Of a DNA stretch of 41,230 bases, positions 26,469-33,336 are shown one piece after another. The position numbers and the translations under genes are program-made. Under the pieces are notes generated by a model. The model saw only the letters and a list, made by a program, of their open reading frames with translations. It was not told the origin of the DNA and ran no database searches. Position 1 is the stretch's first letter, and the number at the start of each line of letters is the position of its first letter. Source of the DNA: a virus. The DNA lies in the IMG/VR virus record IMGVR_UViG_3300045988_113036; one strand, 5' to 3'.

Positions 26469-27177
26469 CAGCTTCCGCGAAGCCACAGGCGAACCCATCC
26501 AACTCGACCTAGCCAACGGCTACATCGCAGACATACGCCTCAACGCCGGCGACGTCAACGGCCGCACCATCACCGTCGAACTCACCGACAACGGCACACC
26601 CATCACCACAACCGCCGAAATCACCTGCGCGCTCGCCTACAACACCAGTCCCGGCAGCAGCCTCGGCGACCGCGTGACCATGAGCCCGGTCAGCGGCACC
26701 CCCACGGCCACGTACCGCGTCGCCGTGCCGCGCAAGGCGTTGCAGCACGCCGGCGCGATCCTCATGGGCATCGAGGTCAGCGTCAACGGCACGAAGACCT
26801 GTTCGCGCAACTTCCACGGCATCGTCGAACGAGCCGTGTTCGACGCGACCGCACCCGACGCGCAGGATCAGATGAACGTCCTCGAACAGCTCATCGACGA
26901 CGCGAACAAGGCCGTCAAGAACGCGGTCAGCGCGGCCGGCGAGGCCAAGGACGCCGCCAACGCGGCACGCACCAGCGTGATCGAATACCGGCAGCTCTCC
27001 GACGACTGCAAGGCCAAGATCGCGGCCAGCGCGGCCATCGGCGTGGTCTTCGCGACCCAAGCCGACATAGACGCCCAATACGACACCGTGATCGCGCCGG
27101 CATTGTCCGACGCCGAAACGATCCCGCCGCTCACCCAGTCCGACATCGACTGGGCGCTCGACATCATCAACCGATAA
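26455..27177 (+). CDS. Baseplate upper protein (BppU N-terminal domain-like)
   Basis: 240 aa. The N-terminal ~120 aa (..LNAGDVNGRTITVELTDNGTPI..ATYRVAVPRKALQHAG..) resemble the BppU_N fold region and are followed by a coiled-coil linker. Confidence 0.6.
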   Translation: MATLDSFREATGEPIQLDLANGYIADIRLNAGDVNGRTITVELTDNGTPITTTAEITCALAYNTSPGSSLGDRVTMSPVSGTPTATYRVAVPRKALQHAGAILMGIEVSVNGTKTCSRNFHGIVERAVFDATAPDAQDQMNVLEQLIDDANKAVKNAVSAAGEAKDAANAARTSVIEYRQLSDDCKAKIAASAAIGVVFATQADIDAQYDTVIAPALSDAETIPPLTQSDIDWALDIINR

Positions 27178-27193
27178 ACAGGAAGGAGCCATC

Positions 27194-28774
27194 ATGGCGA
27201 ACACGCAGAAGGTCATGACCCTCGCCGACACCGCCCAGCTCATCGCCAAGGTACACGCCAACGCCGCCAAGGGCGTGCGCTTCGAGTACGACAGCACCAA
27301 GGGCGAATACGGCAACATCGCCGCCTACTTCACCGCCCACACGGACGGCAAGGTGTACGGCGCGAAATTCCCCAAATACACGTACAGCAACACGCCAACC
27401 GGCGTGAAGACCCGAGACAACGCCAACCTGACCATCGAGATCAGCACCAACGCCAAGGCCGGACGCGACGACTACGCCGCACTGCCTGCCTTCCGCACAT
27501 GGGACGTCAACGCCACCGTGGACGACGACGGCGTGCCCCATGTCACCGCCATCGACGGCATCGACACCCGCTTCAAACGCGACGGCAGCAACGGCGACGT
27601 GTACGTCATGACATGCCCCGGATACTACAAGCTCGAAAGCACGAGCACCCACAACGAATTCCTGTACAGCGACACCCAGTACGACGGTTACGCGCCATTG
27701 CCCGGCGTGCTGCTGCCCGACGGCAGCAAACGGCCATGCCTGTTGTTCGCGAAATACGCCGCCTCCCTCGACTCCCAGCAACGCCCCCTGTCCGTCAGCG
27801 GCAAGGAGATCGACCGAGAATTCGGCTCCCAGAACCGAGCCATCGACTACGCGCTCAAGAAAGGCAAGGGCTACGCCGGCCGCTGCGCCGGCGACACCTT
27901 CTACGTCCAGCTCATGCTCATGCTCAAATACGCCACCAAAAACTCGGACGTGCTCGGCGGCTGCTGGCAGTACACGCCTCAGACCGCCGTCACCAAGGCC
28001 GAAACCGGCGTCAAGCGCGTCATCATCGCCACCAGCTACGCCAACAACTTCGACGTCGGCAGCACCGTCAACGTCGGCACCGACAAGGAACGCAACAACA
28101 CCGGCAACTACAGCGCCGCCCGGGCACGCACCATCCTGAGCAAGACCGCCATCGACGCCAGCAACACCGCCCTCAACCTCGACGGCGACGCCATCACCAC
28201 GACCACCGCATGCTTCGTCAACAGCATGCCGTGGAAGACCGGGGCCACCGACAAGCTGCTCGGCACCGACGGCCGCCCATCCACCGCGTCCGCCGCCAAC
28301 CACCAACCCATCCGCCTACAGGGCATCGAACTGTTCAACGGCATCTACGAAAGCGACGCCGACCTCATCGCCAACGCCGTCAAGGACAACGACAACCTCG
28401 GCCGCATCGAACTCTACCGCGTGTTCGACATCACCAAGGCATCCAAGACCTCGACGGCGAACTACACCAAGATCGGCGAATTCACCGCACGCGACAAGAC
28501 CACGAACGACTCATGGCGCTACGCCGAGGACTTCACCCTGTCCAACGGCGTCATCATCCCCACGGGCCTGAACGCGACGAGCACCACCGGCATGTGCGAC
28601 GCCATCGTAGCCAACCCGCTCACATCCCAAGGCCTCCGACAGGTGCTGCGCTTCGGCTTCCTCTGGGATGGGGCTGCCTGCGGCGCTTTCGCCGCGCCCC
28701 TCAGGTTCGGCCTCGCGTATCGCTGGTGGAACGTCGGGGGCCGCCTGTCTGCGCTCGGTCGCACGAAGGCGTAG
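27194..28774 (+). CDS. DGR target protein: putative receptor-binding protein with C-terminal variable (C-type-lectin-like) region, 526 aa
   Basis: Strong RBS aggaaggag. The last tail gene. The C-terminus ..VLRFGFLWDGAACGAFAAPLRFGLAYRWWNVGGRLS.. is the VR copy of the downstream TR. Confidence 0.85.
   Translation: MANTQKVMTLADTAQLIAKVHANAAKGVRFEYDSTKGEYGNIAAYFTAHTDGKVYGAKFPKYTYSNTPTGVKTRDNANLTIEISTNAKAGRDDYAALPAFRTWDVNATVDDDGVPHVTAIDGIDTRFKRDGSNGDVYVMTCPGYYKLESTSTHNEFLYSDTQYDGYAPLPGVLLPDGSKRPCLLFAKYAASLDSQQRPLSVSGKEIDREFGSQNRAIDYALKKGKGYAGRCAGDTFYVQLMLMLKYATKNSDVLGGCWQYTPQTAVTKAETGVKRVIIATSYANNFDVGSTVNVGTDKERNNTGNYSAARARTILSKTAIDASNTALNLDGDAITTTTACFVNSMPWKTGATDKLLGTDGRPSTASAANHQPIRLQGIELFNGIYESDADLIANAVKDNDNLGRIELYRVFDITKASKTSTANYTKIGEFTARDKTTNDSWRYAEDFTLSNGVIIPTGLNATSTTGMCDAIVANPLTSQGLRQVLRFGFLWDGAACGAFAAPLRFGLAYRWWNVGGRLSALGRTKA
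28642..28751 (+). repeat. DGR variable repeat (VR)
   Basis: 110 nt, 95/110 identical to 28879..28988. All 15 differences fall where the TR has A. Confidence 0.9.
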
Positions 28775-28803
28775 CCGCAGTGCGATGGGGGTGAAGCGAA
28801 GCG

Positions 28804-28821
28804 AGGGGGCGAAAGCTCCCT
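28804..28821 (+). promoter_or_regulatory. GC-rich hairpin with GAAA tetraloop downstream of VR (candidate DGR target-recognition hairpin/cruciform)
   Basis: AGGGGGC-GAAA-GCTCCCT: a 7-bp stem with one G-T pair and a GNRA loop. Confidence 0.5.
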
Positions 28822-28878
28822 TTCTACGTTTCGCAACTCTTTGGGATTTGTGGCGGTACGCCTCCGACGTCCGTGCGT

Positions 28879-28988
28879 GGTGCAGCGCTTCGGCAACCTC
28901 AGGGATGGGGCTGCCTGCGGCGCTTTCGCCGCGAACCTCAGGAACGACCTCGCGAATCGCAGGTGGAACATCGGGGGCCGCATATCAG
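28879..28988 (+). repeat. DGR template repeat (TR)
   Basis: Non-coding copy 104 nt after the target stop codon. It contains 20 adenines, 15 of which are substituted in the VR. In the VR frame it encodes ..VQRFGNLRDGAACGAFAANLRNDLANRRWNIGGRIS.., rich in AAC/AAT codons. Confidence 0.9.
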
Positions 28989-29188
28989 GAACCTGTCAAC
29001 GCATATACGCCATTACGCCACAACTACCCTCCACGCCAGCCAGTGAGAGGGCAAGCCACGGCCCAGCCGAAAATCAAACCGAGCACCCGGCCGGTAGGCG
29101 AACCCATCCAGCACCGTCGAACGCCGGCATAGTCCAGATAGGAAACGCTCTGAAAACCCATTGCAAGCACACCCGCTGCGCCACGCCC

Positions 29189-30436
29189 ATGTTCGTCCGC
29201 AGGGCGATCGATCACTACCTCAAGGGCAAACGGTCCCGCCGCGACGTGACCCGCTTCCTCGAAACCCACCCCGACCTCGACCGGCTCGCCGAACGGATCG
29301 CCGACGAGATACGCGAAGGCCGATACCGCGACACCAGGATCACGTACTTCAACCGCGTCGAACCGATCAGCGGCAAACACCGCGTCATCGGCCGCGAATC
29401 GGTACGCCACCAAATCTACGACCATGTGGCCGTCATGGCCCTCCAGCCGTTGTTCGACGCGAAGGTGGGCCGATGGCAGACCGCCAGCATCCCCAATCGC
29501 GGCACCATCGACGCCCGCCGCGCGATCAAACGATGGACACGCGAACGATCCAGCAAATGGTTCGTGAAGCTCGACGTGCGCAAATACTATCCCAGCATCG
29601 ACCGCCCCACATTGAAGGCGATGCTCACGCGCGACGTCGGCGACCCGATCCTGCTGCGCCTCGTGTTCCACCTCATCGACCGGTACCAAGGCGACAACGG
29701 CCTCAACATCGGCAGCTACCTGAGCCAATGGCTCGCCAACTACTACCTCAGCCACGCCTACCACTGGATCGAATCGCCGGCCATGACCATCGAACGCACC
29801 CGACGACGAACCGGCGAAATCACCACCCGCAGGCTCATCACGCACCAACTGTGGTACATGGACGACCTGCTGCTCATCGGCACCTCGAAACGCGACCTCA
29901 AGATCGCCGCCCGCCGCATCGTCCGCTACCTCAAAGACACGCTCAAACTCGACGTACACCCGGAATGGAACTGCAAACGCCTCGACCTCGAACCCATCGA
30001 CATGGTCGGGTACACGTTCCGACCCCACGGGCGCGTCAACATCCGCAGCGGCGTATTCCTCCGCGCCCGCAGAACCTTCAACCGCGCCGGACGACGACCC
30101 ATGACCGAACAACTCGCACGCCGCTGCTGCTCCTACTACGGGTACCTGCGCAACAGCGACAGCATCCAATACCGACGCAGGCACCGCATCGATTTGACCA
30201 TGCGCCGCGCGACCCGATACCTCAGCGCGACGCAACCCACCACACACAGGAAGGCACCACCATGCTCCAAACGGTATCCAGCACCGACCCCCTCGAAGAG
30301 GTCAGCTACTACCCGCGCGGCGACGGCCTCGCCGACATCCGCATACGACGCAACATCACCACCGTCATGCACGAGGACGGCGATGCCACGTGGACGGAAT
30401 ACACCGCCGACGAAGCCTATACCGTGCGCGACCTGA
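29189..30436 (+). CDS. DGR reverse transcriptase
   Basis: The first in-frame ATG after the TR. RT motifs 1-7 are present, including KLDVRKYYPSI, NIGSYLSQWLANYYL (I/LGxxxSQ) and LWYMDDLLL (YMDD). The start is uncertain because no clear RBS is present. The last ~60 codons are low-complexity and overlap the next gene. Confidence 0.8.
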   Translation: MFVRRAIDHYLKGKRSRRDVTRFLETHPDLDRLAERIADEIREGRYRDTRITYFNRVEPISGKHRVIGRESVRHQIYDHVAVMALQPLFDAKVGRWQTASIPNRGTIDARRAIKRWTRERSSKWFVKLDVRKYYPSIDRPTLKAMLTRDVGDPILLRLVFHLIDRYQGDNGLNIGSYLSQWLANYYLSHAYHWIESPAMTIERTRRRTGEITTRRLITHQLWYMDDLLLIGTSKRDLKIAARRIVRYLKDTLKLDVHPEWNCKRLDLEPIDMVGYTFRPHGRVNIRSGVFLRARRTFNRAGRRPMTEQLARRCCSYYGYLRNSDSIQYRRRHRIDLTMRRATRYLSATQPTTHRKAPPCSKRYPAPTPSKRSATTRAATASPTSAYDATSPPSCTRTAMPRGRNTPPTKPIPCAT

Positions 30437-30597
30437 CCGAACAGGAAGCCATCGAACAGGCCGACAGCATTTGGCTCGACTGTCTGCAGGCGTCCAAATC
30501 GGACAGTCAACGACTCAGCGCCCTCGAGGCGTCAAGCCTCGATCAGGACGAGGCTCTGGCCGAAATCTACCAGCTCCTCGCGGGAGGTGAAGCATGA
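30262..30597 (+). CDS. Hypothetical acidic protein, 111 aa
   Basis: Good RBS aggaagg 7 nt upstream. Plausible composition. Overlaps the RT ORF tail in another frame. Confidence 0.65.
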   Translation: MLQTVSSTDPLEEVSYYPRGDGLADIRIRRNITTVMHEDGDATWTEYTADEAYTVRDLTEQEAIEQADSIWLDCLQASKSDSQRLSALEASSLDQDEALAEIYQLLAGGEA

Positions 30598-30728
30598 GCA
30601 AAGCCATGATCCGCGTCTACGCCAGCCTCGTCATCGCCGGCCGCAAGACCCTCGACGACGTGCCCGAAAACGGTCGCGAAGCCGTCAAAGCGTACATCGA
30701 CGCCCTGGGCGAAGAAGGGAACGAATGA
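30594..30728 (+). CDS. Small conserved phage protein (XkdX/CD1375-like), 44 aa
   Basis: ATGA overlap. MSKAMIRVYASLVIAGRKTLDDVPENGREAVKAYI matches the short family commonly found just before lysis genes. Confidence 0.55.
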   Translation: MSKAMIRVYASLVIAGRKTLDDVPENGREAVKAYIDALGEEGNE

Positions 30729-31042
30729 ACCCCATAGCCCAGCAGCTCACCGTCTGGGCCGCCACCGGCATCATCACCGCCCTAGGCGGGTACATGCTCG
30801 GATGGTGGCGCGGCTACCGACGCAAATCCGACGCCATGCAGACCGGCGTGCGCGTGCTCCTGCTGTGCAAGCTCGAACAGATGCAGCGCGAAATGGTCGC
30901 CAACGACGGCATCGCCGACAACACCGCCAAACAGACCGCGCAGCTCGTCTACGACACCTACCACAGCCTCGGCGGCAACGGCCACGGCACCCAAGTCAAT
31001 CAGGACATACAGGACGCGCCGATCGCCCCCAAGAAGGTTTAG
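30725..31042 (+). CDS. Single-pass membrane protein, possible holin or lysis accessory protein, 105 aa
   Basis: ATGA overlap. N-terminal TM segment LTVWAATGIITALGGYMLGWW followed by a basic stretch. Confidence 0.55.
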   Translation: MNPIAQQLTVWAATGIITALGGYMLGWWRGYRRKSDAMQTGVRVLLLCKLEQMQREMVANDGIADNTAKQTAQLVYDTYHSLGGNGHGTQVNQDIQDAPIAPKKV

Positions 31043-31075
31043 CCCTCGCCGGACATCCCCGGCGGGGGCTGTTTC
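31043..31075 (+). terminator. Hairpin, possible terminator or attenuator
   Basis: ccctcgccgg / ccggcggggg, a 10-bp stem with one G-T pair and a 6-nt loop, followed by ctgtttc (weak U-tract). Confidence 0.45.
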
Positions 31076-31109
31076 ATATGCCCGCCCACCACGTAGGAAG
31101 GATAAGAAT

Positions 31110-32336
31110 TTGGGCAAGTTCAAGAACAAAAGCAAGCCGATCACGGCAATCATCGCGGCAATCATCGCCATGCTGCTCGCGACCGCGCCGGCGATCGCCA
31201 TGGCCGACATGGTCGGCATCGACGTGTCCGGCTGGCAGGCCGCGAACGTCACCTGCACCGCCAGCTACGACTTCGCCGTCGTCAAAGTCAGTCAGGGTGT
31301 CGGCTTCGAGAACGGTAGCTGGCGCACTCAGGCCAAGTGCGTGACCGACCGGGGCAAGAGCCTCGGCCTGTACCATTACGCCGGCGGCAACAACGCCGCG
31401 AGCGAGGCCGACTACTTCGTCGCCAAGGCGAGGGACTACGTCGGCCGGGCCGTGCTCGTGCTCGACTGGGAAAGTTATCAGAACGCCCAGTGGGGCAACA
31501 GCGACTGGGTGCGCCGGTTCGTGCAGCGCGTGCACACGCTCACCGGCGTGTGGCCGATGGTGTACGTGCAGGCGTCCGCACTCAATCAGATACCCAGCGA
31601 CGTGCGCGCCAACTGCGGACTCTGGGTCGCTCAGTACGCCAGCAACGCGCCGACCGGCTACCAGAGCCGACCGTGGAACTACTCGATCTACGGCGAGGCC
31701 ATGCGCCAGTACACCTCCAACGGTTGGGTCAACGGCTACAACGGGCCGCTCGACCTCAACTACTTCCGTGGCGACGCATCCCAGTGGCAGGCCTACGCCA
31801 ACCCCGCAGGCGCAGCCAAGCCGGCCACTCCGCCGCAGACCGCGACGCCCCCGACCCAGACCATCGACCTACAGGCCCTCGCCACCGCCACCATCCGTGG
31901 CGACTACGGCAACGGCCAGCAGCGACGCGACGCGCTCGGCGCTAACTACGACAAGGTCATGGCGATCGTCAACCAACGCCTCAACGGCACCACCACCGTC
32001 GTGCAGCAGCAGACGACCGCCGCCACGCGCGTCACCGTCCGCGCTGGCGACACCATGAGCGCGATCGCCACACGCACAGGCCTGTGGCCGCTGTCCAAGT
32101 GGAGCGTGCCCAGCGGCAACCTTAACCTGATCTACCCCGGTCAGGTCGTCACCTACAACGGCGGCGGCAGCACCGCCACCGGCAGCAACGCCCCACCGTC
32201 CCGTACCGTGACCGTCCGCGCAGGCGACACCCTCAGCGGCATCGCGGCACGGCTCGGCATCAGCTACACGCAGCTCACCGGCTATCGCAGCGGCAACCCC
32301 AACGTGATCTACCCCGGCGAAGTGCTGCGCTACTGA
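31110..32336 (+). CDS. Endolysin: signal peptide, GH25 muramidase domain and two LysM repeats
   Basis: TTG start 7 nt after aggaagga. MGKFKNKSKPITAIIAAIIAMLLATAPAIAMA resembles a signal peptide. GIDVSGWQ and ..DYFV.. match GH25 motifs. Two LysM repeats (VRAGDTMSAIA.., VRAGDTLSGIAARLG..). Confidence 0.85.
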   Translation: MGKFKNKSKPITAIIAAIIAMLLATAPAIAMADMVGIDVSGWQAANVTCTASYDFAVVKVSQGVGFENGSWRTQAKCVTDRGKSLGLYHYAGGNNAASEADYFVAKARDYVGRAVLVLDWESYQNAQWGNSDWVRRFVQRVHTLTGVWPMVYVQASALNQIPSDVRANCGLWVAQYASNAPTGYQSRPWNYSIYGEAMRQYTSNGWVNGYNGPLDLNYFRGDASQWQAYANPAGAAKPATPPQTATPPTQTIDLQALATATIRGDYGNGQQRRDALGANYDKVMAIVNQRLNGTTTVVQQQTTAATRVTVRAGDTMSAIATRTGLWPLSKWSVPSGNLNLIYPGQVVTYNGGGSTATGSNAPPSRTVTVRAGDTLSGIAARLGISYTQLTGYRSGNPNVIYPGEVLRY

Positions 32337-32414
32337 TAACCCGACCTACCTAGGAACCCTGCACCCGACACCGGGCGAGGTTCCTAGGTTCCAAATCACA
32401 GAATCGAGGACAAT

Positions 32415-32681
32415 ATGACCGACGAAAACACCGAACTGAAGACCGCCGGTACGGAGCCGACCGTGCCCGATTGGCTGCTGCCGAACCGAGCCTATGACGT
32501 GCTCAAATGGCTCGCGCTGATCGTGCTGCCGGCCATCGGCGTGCTCGTGCAGACCCTCGGCCCCGTATGGGGCTGGACATGGGCCGACCTGGCCGCGACG
32601 ACCATCAACGCCGTCGCCCTGACCATCGGCGTCATCATCGGCGCCAGCACCCTCAAGGCCAAGGCATCCAAGGCCGAATAA
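32415..32681 (+). CDS. Holin (Dp-1-like family)
   Basis: 88 aa. YDVLKWLALIVLPAIGVLVQTLGPVWGW plus a second TM segment and a Lys-rich C-terminus. Confidence 0.7.
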   Translation: MTDENTELKTAGTEPTVPDWLLPNRAYDVLKWLALIVLPAIGVLVQTLGPVWGWTWADLAATTINAVALTIGVIIGASTLKAKASKAE

Positions 32682-32686
32682 CAAGA

Positions 32687-32731
32687 AGCCCCCCGAACCT
32701 ACCGCACTCAAGGTATGGTTCGGGGGCTTTT
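32687..32731. terminator. Bidirectional rho-independent terminator between convergent operons
   Basis: agccccccgaacc ... ggttcgggggct stem followed by TTTT on the + strand and by ttcttgtt on the - strand. Confidence 0.75.
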
Positions 32732-32745
32732 CGTCGTATATGGGG

Positions 32746-33030
32746 TCAGGCGTGGACGACTTCGCGGCGACGCATGGTGCGCAGCCGGTCGGCGATCCAT
32801 GTGTTGACGACGGCGTTGCGGCTGATCGCCAAGTCGGCGGCTTCCTCGTCCAGTTCGCTGACCATCCACGCGGGCATCGTCAGCGTGATCCGCTTCTCCA
32901 GTGGGGGATGATGCTCGACCACGGGATTGTCGAGGTCCACGTAGTCGAGGATGTCGTCGCCGTTGTCGAACATCTCCTCAAGCTGGTCGCTGGTGATCGA
33001 CTTGGCGTCAATCTTATTCTTGGCTGTCAT
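32746..33030 (-). CDS. brnA: BrnA-like (CopG/RHH) antitoxin
   Basis: 94 aa. KRITLTMPAWMVSELDEEAADLAISRNAVVNTWIADRL is a ribbon-helix-helix C-terminus. Overlaps the upstream toxin gene by 17 nt. Confidence 0.7.
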   Translation of the reverse strand: MTAKNKIDAKSITSDQLEEMFDNGDDILDYVDLDNPVVEHHPPLEKRITLTMPAWMVSELDEEAADLAISRNAVVNTWIADRLRTMRRREVVHA

Positions 33031-33286
33031 AGTATGCCTCCTCGTTCTTGCGTGATCGGCGCACGGATATGATGCGTATGCGCTTGCCGCGCTTGGTCAT
33101 GATCGCCGTCCAGTGCTTGCCGTCGATCATGCCGAGCACGATGTAACGCACATCGTCGTTGCCGGGATTTGGAGCGGTCAGCGTCACCGTCTTCGAGTTG
33201 TCCCACATGCGCTGGGCCGCCTCGAAGTCGATTCCGTGTTTGGCGAGGTTCTTCGCGCTCTTCGCCGGATCGTATTCAAACTCCAT
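33014..33286 (-). CDS. brnT: BrnT-like (DUF497) toxin
   Basis: MEFEYDPAKSAKNLAKHGIDFEAAQRMW....RIRIISVRRSRKNEEAYY matches the DUF497/BrnT pattern. aggagg lies 6 nt upstream of ATG 33286, so the ATG at 33304 was rejected as the start. Confidence 0.8.
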   Translation of the reverse strand: MEFEYDPAKSAKNLAKHGIDFEAAQRMWDNSKTVTLTAPNPGNDDVRYIVLGMIDGKHWTAIMTKRGKRIRIISVRRSRKNEEAYYDSQE

Positions 33287-33306
33287 CAAACCTCCTAATA
33301 ACATCT

Positions 33307-33334
33307 ATTATACATCAATATGACATCAATACAA
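33307..33334 (-). promoter_or_regulatory. Promoter for brnTA
   Basis: On the - strand: TTGTAT, a 16-nt spacer, then TATAAT. A direct repeat ATTGATGT x2 with 11-nt period lies across it. Confidence 0.55.
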
Positions 33335-33336
33335 CA

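Larger units (their letters stand above)
27194..30436 (+). mobile_element. Diversity-generating retroelement cassette (target gene with VR, then TR, spacer and RT)
   Basis: 110-nt VR/TR pair whose mismatches are all at TR adenines, plus an adjacent RT carrying the DGR-type motif 4. Confidence 0.9.

Noticed and set aside
28642-28988. The VR/TR pair, considered as an ordinary gene-fragment duplication, an IS terminal repeat or an assembly artefact.
   Set aside because: The copies are direct, not inverted. One is coding and one is not. The 15 differences are exclusively at adenines of the non-coding copy, which random divergence would not produce, and a DGR-type RT follows.
28519-29132. ORFs 28668..29132 (+) and 28519..28983 (-), considered as possible Avd accessory genes of the DGR.
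   Set aside because: Both read through the VR and TR copies, so the repeated peptide segments are simply the repeat translated off-frame. Neither has an RBS. Their composition is unlike the basic helical Avd.
29189-30436. The reverse transcriptase, considered as a group II intron, retron or Abi-type RT.
   Set aside because: There is no maturase or endonuclease extension, no intron RNA domains, and no msr/msd-like inverted repeats upstream. Motif 4 is IGSYLSQ (DGR type) rather than QGxxxSP, and a cognate TR/VR pair is present.
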